A DNA stretch of 64,000 bases from Candidatus Altimarinota bacterium (lineage in GTDB: Bacteria; Patescibacteriota; Gracilibacteria; JBDHUY01), in NCBI GenBank assembly GCA_039809385.1, contig JBDHUY010000001.1, forward strand, positions 1 to 64,000, read 5' to 3'. The notes under the pieces are model-generated. The model was given only the letters and a program-made list of their open reading frames with translations. It was not told the DNA's origin and searched no databases. Below, piece after piece: positions 8,892 through 18,330 of the stretch. A program made the position numbers and the translations under genes. Positions within the stretch are counted from its first letter, which is position 1, and every line of letters starts with the position of its first letter.

Positions 8892-11800
8892 TCGTGTACC
8901 TTTACAAGAACCCGATTGCTGTAGGATATAGTATCATTTGTATCGACAACTTTCAAAAAAAGTTCGTAATCCCCGGCGTTGTCCGGCGACCAGAGAACCG
9001 AAAAACGTTCAGGCTGGCCGCTGATTTCACTGATCGTTTGAATCGTACGAGAAACTCCGTCTGTGCGGTGAGCGATCAGGCTAACCGATTTAAGACTGGT
9101 ACCGCTAATAATATACTGTACGTCAACACTTTCTCCCGCTGCAACAGTTGTTCCCGAACCGGGTTTGACGATATTGAACGAAGCTTGAGATCCGTTCTCT
9201 GTGCTTGACTCGGGAGTAGGCTGATTGTTCTCTCCAGATCCTTCGTTTCTTCCGGGGGCGATCAGCGTGATACTACGCGAACTTTGAGCAGAATTGCTAT
9301 AATTGTCGAATGCTTTGACCGTGACCGTCTCCGCGCCAGGATTGAAACCGTTGCCGATGGTGTAGTTGACCGTATACGGTGCGGTGCGTACCGCACCGAT
9401 GAGCGTATTGCCCAGAAAGAACTCAACTCGGGAGATGGTACTGGTATCGTCGTAGGCTTCGGCCTGAAAGCTGACGTTCGAACCTATTTCCAGAGAAGCC
9501 CCCTCGGCTGGTGCTACCACCGAGACATTGGGCGGGGTCGTATCGCCTTCGACTACCGATACTTCGACATTTCCCTCAGATTGGTAGCCGTTAGCGTCGG
9601 TAAGAACAGCTCTGATTTTATAGGTGTTCCCGATGCTGTTTTCGCGCGGAATCGAGACAACGCCGTTATAGGGGGAGGCTTTGCTGGTATAGACCAGCTG
9701 ATCCCCCAAATAATACTCGACCCGGTCGACTCCAAAGAAGGCACTGGTCTTGACAAAGACATTTACCGGCCCTGACGTAACCTGTCCGAAGGATAAAGGC
9801 GCCACGATACTGATAGAAGGCTTTTGATCATCGGTTACCGGAACGCACAGTTCGCTCTGTTCTTTCGGAACATCACTGCGTATTCCTCCCAAAAGTTCGC
9901 TGTTCTGAATCCAGGCATAGATCGCTTTGTCCCATTCTGGTTTTCCGTCGAATTCGTGAACCTTTACGACGTATTGGTCGTCAATCTGGTTGGGGGCACA
10001 TTGATCATTAGCTAGTTTTCCGTTGCGCTTGTCGATCCGAACCCGCACAATCGACTCATCGTATTCGGTAGGTTTGGAAAAACTGGCAAACCAGTCGCTT
10101 ATTTTAAATCGATCGGGGGTTTTGTCCGTAGCCAGCTTGCCCGTGAGCGAACTTACCGTCACTTTCGAAATTCCTTCGGGTTGCGGAAAAGGCTGATTCT
10201 GTAATCCCAGCAGGGTATGTGCTTGGGTCATATAATTTTTCCAGGTTTCGGCGATTGTGTTTATATCGAAGGCATCGTAGGCTAGTTCGCTGCTGTCGTT
10301 GTTGCCTCCCCACATGCCGGTTACGATATCGGTCGAGTAGCCCATAGTCCAGTTGTCCATCGGGCGGACCTGTCCGTTTTTTAAACGTTTATTCGTCGTA
10401 CCGGTTTTGACGGCGACGGTGAATTTCGGCACGGTAATCCGGTTTCTCCAGTAGCCGGCGGGACGAGCTTCGGCATCGGAAAGAATATCGTTGATCTGAA
10501 ATGCGATCTGCGGATCGATTACCGGGGTGCCGGCGGGCCGGTCGCTAAGCTCTTCGATCAGGTTGCCGTTTTTGTCGCGTACTTCCAGAATCGGCGTCAA
10601 GTCAGTCTTTACACCGCCGTTGGCAAAAATGGCATAGGCCTGAACCATATCCAGCAGACGTACTTCTCCGGTTCCCAGAGCCATCGGCCAGCCGTAATTA
10701 AAGGATGGATTATTTTTGCGGTAGGTGTCTCGGTCGGTTTTCAAGGATCCGAACCCGAATCCTTCCAGAAAATCCAGCAGCTGGTCTTCTTCTCCGCCCA
10801 GGAAATAGGCTTTGATTGCTGGAATATTGCGCGACCAGGCCAAGGCTTTGCGAATGGTGGTCGGGCCGATGAAGCGTCCATCGGAGTTGGGTGGGGTCCG
10901 ACTTCCGAAAGGCGTTTTTACGTCCCATAAGATACTGCCCGCTCCATAGCCTTTATTAAAGGCTGCCGCATAAATAAAGGGTTTAAACGAAGATCCCGGT
11001 TGTCGTTTCGATAATGCCACGTTGACATTGCCGTCGATTTTCTCGTCCCAATAATCTCGCGATCCTACCATGACCAGAATTTCCCCCGTCTTTGGGTTGG
11101 CCGAAACCAGAGATGCATTGGAAATCAAGTAGCGTTTTTCAATCTGCGGAATTCTTTCTTTGATCATTTTTTCAGCTAATTCCTGAAGTTTTGGATTTAA
11201 TGTGGTTTTTACTCGCAAACCGCCTTTTTCCACAACTTCTTGTCCGTATTTTTGTTCTAGATAGTCTTTTACATACAAAACAAAGTGCGGATACTTGATA
11301 GATTCCCGGTAGGGTTTGAAAGCAAAAGTCTGTCCTTCTTTCCAGGCTTCGTTCAACTGTTCCTGGGTAATGTACTGGTCTTCCAGCATACGCTTGAGAA
11401 CCAGATCTTTGCGCCCCAGAACATAATTTTTGTCTTCCATACCCGAACAAGACAGAGCCTTTTTTTTCTGGGATTCTTCGGCGACTTTCTGGTCGAGTTT
11501 TTCGGGAGAAATCAGGAAATCGCGAATATTTTCGCGGGTTATGACAAACGCCTTTTTGGCAAGCGGTTTAAAGGGTATTCCTTCATAACTGAATTCGATA
11601 TTCTGAGTATTTCCCAGCGAAACGTTCAGCGATCCGTCAGCGCTGAAATCACGTTCTTCGCCTTTTTTCAGAGTAACCTCGATCTTTTCGCCGTCGTCGA
11701 CAATGACCCGGGTCCAGATACTGGCTTTGGCTTTTACATGGACTTTTAATTGAGTTTCCGGACTTTTGTCCGTGCTGAATTCGGAACTTTCGAGGGGTGT

Positions 11801-12553
11801 GCCGTCCTGATTTTTACAATAGCCCATAAGCAGATCGCGATTGGGCCCATAGGGGGAGTAAAGACTCGGACCGTTGAGAATGGAAGCAAGCAGTGCCGAT
11901 TCCAGAAGATCAACATCCTTGGCCGATTTATCGAAAAAGGTGCGCGAAGCCATTTCGATTCCGTAGGCATTCGAACCGTATGGAATTTGATTCAGGTAAA
12001 GTTCCAAAATCTTGTTTTTGTCATACGTTTGTTCGATTTGAAATGCCAGAATAAGCTCTTTTATCTTACGTTTGGCGCTTACTTCGGGCGTCAGGAAAAT
12101 ATTTCTGGCCAGCTGCTGCGTAATAGTCGACCCGCCCTGGATACGCTCTTTGGGATTGCGTACATAGCGCCAGACCGCCCGCGCGATCCCGGCCGGATCA
12201 AAACCCGGATGGGTATAAAAGTCTTTGTCTTCCATCGCGATAGTGGCTTTTTTGGCCATATCGGCGATTTCTGCGAGTTTTATGTAACGTCGGTTTTCGT
12301 CGCCGTGAACTTTATAAAGTTCGTTTCCGTCCCGGTCGTAGATGATGGTAGATTCGGCGATTTTCAGATTTTCGATTGTCCGTACATCCGGTATTTCGCT
12401 CAAGAGGCTGACGATAAACGCGACTGCGGTTATCGTCCCGATAACAAATATGGCAGCAAAAATTCCAAGCGTGATTTTGAGCCATTTCCGCTTTTTGGAA
12501 GGGACTTTAAGACCGGTCTGTTTTTTTATCAGAAACCATTGTAGTCTGTTCAT
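8888..12553 (-). CDS. Class A penicillin-binding protein (transglycosylase + transpeptidase) with inserted beta-domain and C-terminal Ig-like repeats
   Basis: EDKDFY, GGSTITQQL, RKIKE, YLNQIPYG (GT51); SSFK, SRN, KTG (transpeptidase); about three C-terminal Big-like repeats (DTTPPNVSVVAP, VEFF.G). Confidence 0.95.
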   Translation of the reverse strand: MNRLQWFLIKKQTGLKVPSKKRKWLKITLGIFAAIFVIGTITAVAFIVSLLSEIPDVRTIENLKIAESTIIYDRDGNELYKVHGDENRRYIKLAEIADMAKKATIAMEDKDFYTHPGFDPAGIARAVWRYVRNPKERIQGGSTITQQLARNIFLTPEVSAKRKIKELILAFQIEQTYDKNKILELYLNQIPYGSNAYGIEMASRTFFDKSAKDVDLLESALLASILNGPSLYSPYGPNRDLLMGYCKNQDGTPLESSEFSTDKSPETQLKVHVKAKASIWTRVIVDDGEKIEVTLKKGEERDFSADGSLNVSLGNTQNIEFSYEGIPFKPLAKKAFVITRENIRDFLISPEKLDQKVAEESQKKKALSCSGMEDKNYVLGRKDLVLKRMLEDQYITQEQLNEAWKEGQTFAFKPYRESIKYPHFVLYVKDYLEQKYGQEVVEKGGLRVKTTLNPKLQELAEKMIKERIPQIEKRYLISNASLVSANPKTGEILVMVGSRDYWDEKIDGNVNVALSKRQPGSSFKPFIYAAAFNKGYGAGSILWDVKTPFGSRTPPNSDGRFIGPTTIRKALAWSRNIPAIKAYFLGGEEDQLLDFLEGFGFGSLKTDRDTYRKNNPSFNYGWPMALGTGEVRLLDMVQAYAIFANGGVKTDLTPILEVRDKNGNLIEELSDRPAGTPVIDPQIAFQINDILSDAEARPAGYWRNRITVPKFTVAVKTGTTNKRLKNGQVRPMDNWTMGYSTDIVTGMWGGNNDSSELAYDAFDINTIAETWKNYMTQAHTLLGLQNQPFPQPEGISKVTVSSLTGKLATDKTPDRFKISDWFASFSKPTEYDESIVRVRIDKRNGKLANDQCAPNQIDDQYVVKVHEFDGKPEWDKAIYAWIQNSELLGGIRSDVPKEQSELCVPVTDDQKPSISIVAPLSFGQVTSGPVNVFVKTSAFFGVDRVEYYLGDQLVYTSKASPYNGVVSIPRENSIGNTYKIRAVLTDANGYQSEGNVEVSVVEGDTTPPNVSVVAPAEGASLEIGSNVSFQAEAYDDTSTISRVEFFLGNTLIGAVRTAPYTVNYTIGNGFNPGAETVTVKAFDNYSNSAQSSRSITLIAPGRNEGSGENNQPTPESSTENGSQASFNIVKPGSGTTVAAGESVDVQYIISGTSLKSVSLIAHRTDGVSRTIQTISEISGQPERFSVLWSPDNAGDYELFLKVVDTNDTISYSNRVLVKVHE

Positions 12554-12864
12554 AGGATGGAGGGATCAAAAACCGGAAATACGAGTCTTGAGATAGTATA
12601 TGGGTTTGTGGATATTTATCAAGAAATAGAGAACTCGGTATCAAGTCCATATTGTTGTCCTTCGTATATTGATTATGAAGCTTCTCCCGGTTCTCCGTAT
12701 AATGAAAAGTTCTCCAGCTAGAAATGACATATCCTTATGTTTCAGGATCGCAGATCCTGTCTGTTACATCCCTGAATTGTAAGTCTTTACGTTTCCTCTC
12801 CCTTGCTATCATCCTCAAAAACCGTATGCTGGAAAGCAGCATCTCTCTTTTATACATCTTCAGC

Positions 12865-14127
12865 ATGTTACCGTTTTTAAAGAAAAAAGAACAGGCAACA
12901 GAACCAAAAAATGTGTTTACGGTTCTGGACATCGGCACCGACTGGGTCAAGGTATTAATCGTGGAAACAGATCGGAAGATGGGCAAAATTGTCGGAGTAG
13001 GAAAACAACGTCAAAAGCTCGGGGATATGCACAAAGGTAGCATTATCGACATCGGAAACGTCACCGAGAACTGTCGTGAAGCCCTGCAAGAAGCGGAAAA
13101 AATGGCGGACAAAACTCCCCGGGATTTGATCATCGGGATTGCCGGAGAGCTGGTACAGGGTGTTTCTACAAATCTGGAATACGTCCGAAAAGACTATTTC
13201 GAAGAGATCACGATGGCGGAACTTCAAAATATCGTGCATAAAGTACAATGGAGAGCGTTTGACGATATCCGCCAGGAGATCAAGCAGGAAGCCGGGCTCA
13301 ACGAGCTGGATGTAAAGCTGATCCATTCGGCGATCGTCGGAGTCGATATCGACGGATATAAGGTGAGCAATCCATTGGGTTTTAAAGGCCGCAATGTGAA
13401 AATTACCGTATTTAACGTTTTTGCCCCGTTGATTCATTTCGAAAGTATTCAGACCATAGCCGCCAATCTGGAAAAAGAACTCATCAGTATTGCCTCAGAG
13501 CCATACGCGGTTTGCCGGTCGCTGGGCTTTGAAGACGGCAGCGATATCAGTGCGATTTTTGTCGATATCGGCGGCGGAACCACCGATGTGGCAATCGTCA
13601 TTAACGGCGGTGTAGTGATGACGAAGATGTTCGGCCTGGGTGGCCGGATCTTTACCAAACGGTTGGCCAAGCATGAAAATATATCCTTTCTGGAAGCCGA
13701 ACAGCGAAAAATCCTCTTTTCTCAGAGCAAATTACCCAAAAAAGAGCAACAACTGATCGAAACCTTGTTCGAGGCAGACGTGGAGATCTGGATAGAATCG
13801 TTACTCTATGTGCTGGAACAAGCCTCTCACGAGATCGAAGTATTGCCAAACAAGATTTTACTGTGCGGAGGCGGAGCTCTGCTACCGTCGATCGAGAAAG
13901 GGCTGAATGCCTACGACTGGGAACAGGTTACTTTTTTTGCCCAAAAGCCGCGTATTTCGTACTTGCACCCGAAAGATATCATCAATCTGCAAGATACGAC
14001 CAGTCATATTAAAAACATTCAAGATGTGACCCCGATGGCGCTGGGCAATCTGGCCTTGGAACTGGCCGGGGATGAAGCGCTACTGCCGCGTATGCTGAAA
14101 AAGGCAATTCGACTGGTAGAAAAGTAG
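12865..14127 (+). CDS. ftsA: FtsA-like actin-fold cell division protein
   Basis: VLDIGT, G.IIDI, VDIGGGTTD, LCGGGA motifs; may be a divergent paralog. Confidence 0.8.
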   Translation: MLPFLKKKEQATEPKNVFTVLDIGTDWVKVLIVETDRKMGKIVGVGKQRQKLGDMHKGSIIDIGNVTENCREALQEAEKMADKTPRDLIIGIAGELVQGVSTNLEYVRKDYFEEITMAELQNIVHKVQWRAFDDIRQEIKQEAGLNELDVKLIHSAIVGVDIDGYKVSNPLGFKGRNVKITVFNVFAPLIHFESIQTIAANLEKELISIASEPYAVCRSLGFEDGSDISAIFVDIGGGTTDVAIVINGGVVMTKMFGLGGRIFTKRLAKHENISFLEAEQRKILFSQSKLPKKEQQLIETLFEADVEIWIESLLYVLEQASHEIEVLPNKILLCGGGALLPSIEKGLNAYDWEQVTFFAQKPRISYLHPKDIINLQDTTSHIKNIQDVTPMALGNLALELAGDEALLPRMLKKAIRLVEK

Positions 14128-14316
14128 GGGAACAAAGCGGACAGAAATACCCGAAGTTAGAATCAAGAAGCTAGAAGTTAGGGGGCATGGCACCGGTATC
14201 ATAGCAAGTGAGTCCAACCATCTGGCATTCCCGCTCCCGATGGGGTTGGGGAAAGCAATAAGGTTCATTCAAAATCCTCATAATACGATTATTTTGAGGA
14301 TTTATATTCCTTAAAA

Positions 14317-14345
14317 TTGACTTATTTTGAGGATTTTATTATACT
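14317..14345 (+). promoter_or_regulatory. Sigma70 promoter TTGACT-17-TATACT, probably giving a leaderless mRNA
   Basis: Near-consensus boxes with 17-nt spacer; ATG starts 7 nt after the -10; overlapped by repeated TTATTTTGAGGATTT. Confidence 0.7.
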
Positions 14346-14351
14346 GGAATC

Positions 14352-15479
14352 ATGAAAATTCCACGAGTTTACAGGAATTTGGACAAAATCCTCAAGCCAA
14401 ATAAGGTATTGGTTCTTTATGGTCCTCGGCAGGTTGGAAAAACCACACTGCTGGAGAATTTTTTGACACAAACAAAATTAAAATACCGTCTCGAATCAGG
14501 CGACAGTATAAAAACAGAAAGTATTTTTAATTCCAATGATATTGAAACAATACAGAATTATGCGGAAGGCTACGACCTCATCGCCATAGACGAGGCTCAG
14601 CAGATCCGAGGGATCGGACAAGGATTAAAAATTCTGGTTGATCATGTCCCCGGCATAAAAGTAATCGTAACGGGGTCATCTTCTTTTGAACTAGCGGGAC
14701 AGATTGGAGAACCGCTTACAGGAAGGAAGAATACGATTCTCCTTTTTCCCATTTCCACACTGGAGTTACAAAAACTGTACAATGCGCACGAGCAAAAGGA
14801 ACTATTGCCGGAACGACTTATTTTCGGGAATTACCCCGAGGTCGTGAGTGCCAAAAAACGATCGGACAAGATACAGCTCCTCGAAGAACTAGTACATTCG
14901 TATTTACTCAAGGATATTCTTGAACTCGAACGCGTAAAAGGCTCAAAGTTACTACTAGATCTGTTACGTTTGCTGGCATTTCAGGTGGGGAATGAGGTGT
15001 CGCTCTCGGAACTGGCTCAGAAACTGGGGATCGATTATAAAACCGTAGGCCGCTATATTGACCTGTTTGAAAAAGCGTTTGTGATTTACAACCTGCGCGG
15101 CTTCAGCCGCAATTTACACAATGAGATCACGAATAAAAGTAAGTACTATTTCTACGATACCGGTATCCGAAATGCGATTATTTCAAACTTCAATCCCCTG
15201 GATCTTCGCAATGATATCGGCGCTTTGTGGGAAAACTTTGTAGTGATGGAGCGTTTGAAAAAACGTTCGTACACTCAAATTCCGGCAAATGATTATTTTT
15301 GGCGCAACTGGCAACAACAGGAGATTGATCTAATTGAAGAACGAGAGGGAAAACTATTCGGCTATGAATGCAAATGGCAAAAAACAGAAAAAAAGGCCCC
15401 GAAAGCATGGCTGGAAGCCTATCCTGAGAGTGAGTATGCCGTAATTCATCCGGAGAATTTTATGCGATTTGTGGCCTGA
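14352..15479 (+). CDS. AAA+ ATPase with DUF4143 domain
   Basis: GPRQVGKTT, IDEAQ, TGSS, K.YFYDTG, EID...YECK motifs. Confidence 0.92.
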   Translation: MKIPRVYRNLDKILKPNKVLVLYGPRQVGKTTLLENFLTQTKLKYRLESGDSIKTESIFNSNDIETIQNYAEGYDLIAIDEAQQIRGIGQGLKILVDHVPGIKVIVTGSSSFELAGQIGEPLTGRKNTILLFPISTLELQKLYNAHEQKELLPERLIFGNYPEVVSAKKRSDKIQLLEELVHSYLLKDILELERVKGSKLLLDLLRLLAFQVGNEVSLSELAQKLGIDYKTVGRYIDLFEKAFVIYNLRGFSRNLHNEITNKSKYYFYDTGIRNAIISNFNPLDLRNDIGALWENFVVMERLKKRSYTQIPANDYFWRNWQQQEIDLIEEREGKLFGYECKWQKTEKKAPKAWLEAYPESEYAVIHPENFMRFVA

Positions 15480-15712
15480 TCATCCGACCATCAGTTGTTC
15501 TCAAAAAATGCAACAACTTCAGGAGGGAAGAATATTTGCAGGAATCGTAATAAAAAATGTTCATGATATGTTAAATAGATCGCGGGTTAAAGCTGAATTC
15601 GAGGTGTTTTATTTTGGAACGGCATGAAAGCAACTGTTGCAAAAATTGCAACAGTTCAAAAAGAGGGAATCAGAAATATGGAAAGCACAAATGAATTTCA
15701 ATACAATAAACC

Positions 15713-16338
15713 ATGAAGCTTACTCTTCGTACCGAAAATCAAAAAGATGAGATTGTCATTTACCGATAAAAAGATGGCAAAGAGAAGCTTGAAGTTCATC
15801 TTCAAGAAGAAACATTGTGGCTAACACAGATCATCTGGTAAAACTTTTTAGTCGAGACCAGTCAGTGATTTCACGGCATATTAATAAGATTTTTTGCTGA
15901 GAAGGAAGTTGATAAAAAAAGTAATATGCATTTTTGCATATTGCTTCCTCCGACAAACATATCACCTATTACAGCCTGGATGTCATTATCTATGTCGGCT
16001 ACCGCGTCAACTCCAAACGTGCCACGCAGTTTCGCATTTGAGCTACATCCATTTTGAAAGATCATCTGCTGCGAGGCTATACTGTTAATCCGAAGCGCCT
16101 CCAAGAAAAAGGACTGAAGGAATTTGAAGAAGCGGTGGCATTGATCAAACGAACGATCGAGACCAAAGCTCTAAGTGCCGATGAGTCCAAAGGCTTGCTG
16201 GAGATCATTACCGGCTACGCCTCGGCTTGGCTGTTGCTGCAAAAATACGATCAGGGCGATCTGGTTGAGCCAAAGACCAGAAAGACGAGGAAAACGTTTG
16301 GGTATGATTTTTGTCAAAAAGTACACTACGCCTCATAA
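15713..16338 (+). pseudogene. Degraded RhuM-family (virulence protein/Fic-associated) gene
   Basis: DEIVIYR*KDG..LEVHLQEETLWLTQ, then frameshifted VISRHI, SVGYRVNSKRATQFRI, LKDHLLRGYTVN; internal stops and frameshifts; 3' part missing. Confidence 0.85.
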
Positions 16339-16345
16339 AGACAGA

Positions 16346-17182
16346 TCAGAACCGTTTGGCAGCACTCACGCGGACATTCGCTTTTCCGTCTGTATCAACC
16401 ACAATCGCCGGTGTAACATCCAAGCCGGTTCCCGGAATCCTGAACGTACCCTGTACGCCAGCTTTAAGCGTATCCTTATCACCCAGCTTCAGAGCCGTCA
16501 CACCAATTGACCGCAGGAAAGCCGCATGACCGGTTTTATTTTGCCATGCCAGAAACCCCCGGGAAAAATTACCATTGATATTGTCACGCTCATACCAGGC
16601 AAATCCGCTTAAATCGAGATGTCCACAGCTATACGTATCTGTATACTGTACTCCCACCATCGGGCTTTCGCGATCACCGATCTTTCTCGCACCGGCGCCT
16701 ACTGCTATTTCACCATTAGTACTTATCGGCAATCTAATACCGGCATACCCGCCAAAATTAGGGGCTTTGGCAGTCTGAGGGTGAAAGAAAGCAACGAGAA
16801 ATATTTTCTGATGCGTATTGAAATTGACTCTTCCGACAATGCGTGAAAAATCCCGGGTCGCATCGTACTCCCCCATCACGACACCTGTCATGAATGGTGG
16901 TTGTTGGGGCGTATTTTTTTCAGTTGTTTGCTGCGGGGGTACGCTTCTGGTTTGTTCGTTTTCAGATCGAACTGCTGCAGGCGCTGATGTCGGGATGCAC
17001 TGGGACAGATTCTGGGCTGCGGCTGTATCCGGAAAGAGTGTTGGAGCTACGCATAACAGGGCTCCGATGACTGTATTTCGAACCATTTTTCCTAAATGGC
17101 TTAAGGAAGTTTGTTCTGTAGGAGACTGACTGGTAATATCTGGTGCTATATCGTCTGATACGGTATCAGTTGGAACTATCAT
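16346..17182 (-). CDS. Secreted hypothetical protein, beta-strand rich
   Basis: Extended signal peptide ending AAA-Q; alternating hydrophobic pattern; ends in Phe. Confidence 0.65.
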   Translation of the reverse strand: MIVPTDTVSDDIAPDITSQSPTEQTSLSHLGKMVRNTVIGALLCVAPTLFPDTAAAQNLSQCIPTSAPAAVRSENEQTRSVPPQQTTEKNTPQQPPFMTGVVMGEYDATRDFSRIVGRVNFNTHQKIFLVAFFHPQTAKAPNFGGYAGIRLPISTNGEIAVGAGARKIGDRESPMVGVQYTDTYSCGHLDLSGFAWYERDNINGNFSRGFLAWQNKTGHAAFLRSIGVTALKLGDKDTLKAGVQGTFRIPGTGLDVTPAIVVDTDGKANVRVSAAKRF

Positions 17183-17409
17183 AAAAAAAGTTAGTTACAT
17201 AGATAGAATCTTCCCGGTCCTCAAATAAAAATCTGAGGTGATTTTTTGGCCAAAAATGCTGGGGAGACCGCAGCATACCTGTTTGACGTTTTTATGTCAA
17301 AGCACATGATATATTTCATAAATATGCTTTAAAGATTAGATCGTTTATTCCCTTTATAATAAGAAATAGCAGTGTTATACTTATTTGTAGATATTTAATC
17401 TACATTACT

Positions 17410-18195
17410 ATGTTAAACAGATTGGAATTCAATCGGATCGTTGCTCAATTAAAGAATTTGGGATGTACCGAAACCGAGGCTTCCATCTACCTGAAAGCAT
17501 TGCAGATAGGACCATCTACCATTCAAGAGATTTCGCATCAGTTGAACATACATCGGGTAACCGTTTACAGCGCGGTGGAACATCTGGTGCAAAAAGGGAT
17601 CTTGTATGAAACCCGCAAGGAAAAAAAACGCCTGGTTGTGGCCGAGAAACCAGACATTTTTCATTCCATTGTACAAACCAGAATCAGCGAACTGCGCCTG
17701 CTGGAGAAAAATCTGGACTATACGACCGGGCTGCTGGAGTCGCTCGCTTTACGGGATAGGTCTATTCCCAGTATTCGATTGTATGAAGATATAAGCGGGT
17801 TCAAGAAAATGCTGGAGGAGCATTTGAAATCCAAAAATGAAGTACTGGTGATCAATTACATATCTTTATGGGCGGATTTGATCGGAGCCGACTATCTGGA
17901 GGATTATTTTATACGTCGCTCTGCCAAAGGTGTGCATACCCGGCTCATTTTTCCGCCGTCGGATTTTGGAACGCGTGTGAACCGGAAATCGAAAGAGTAT
18001 AAAATCCAGATCAGGGTGCTGCCTGAGGATATGAAATGGCGTTCAGCGGTGGTGTGCTGGGATGATAATCTGGCTATTTCTTCCCTCACAGAGGGGAAGC
18101 TGACGTGTACTATTATAGAAAACAAGGATATTGCCCATTTTTTTCGGACAATTTTGTTTGAACTGTGTTGGAAACAAGCGAAACCTATTGCGTAG
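17410..18195 (+). CDS. TrmB-family transcriptional regulator
   Basis: LG.TETEA.IY..L..G N-terminal wHTH, R.TVY; C-terminal effector-binding domain. Confidence 0.88.
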   Translation: MLNRLEFNRIVAQLKNLGCTETEASIYLKALQIGPSTIQEISHQLNIHRVTVYSAVEHLVQKGILYETRKEKKRLVVAEKPDIFHSIVQTRISELRLLEKNLDYTTGLLESLALRDRSIPSIRLYEDISGFKKMLEEHLKSKNEVLVINYISLWADLIGADYLEDYFIRRSAKGVHTRLIFPPSDFGTRVNRKSKEYKIQIRVLPEDMKWRSAVVCWDDNLAISSLTEGKLTCTIIENKDIAHFFRTILFELCWKQAKPIA

Positions 18196-18330
18196 GCTTT
18201 TGGGTATGATGGCACTAAAAAAAGCGACCTCCTGATGATCATTCTGTTTAGATTTTGATATTTGAGATTATTTTGTGCTTTGAACTTTGAGATTTGATAT
18301 TCTGAAAGAGACCTGATTCATAGTAAAGAT

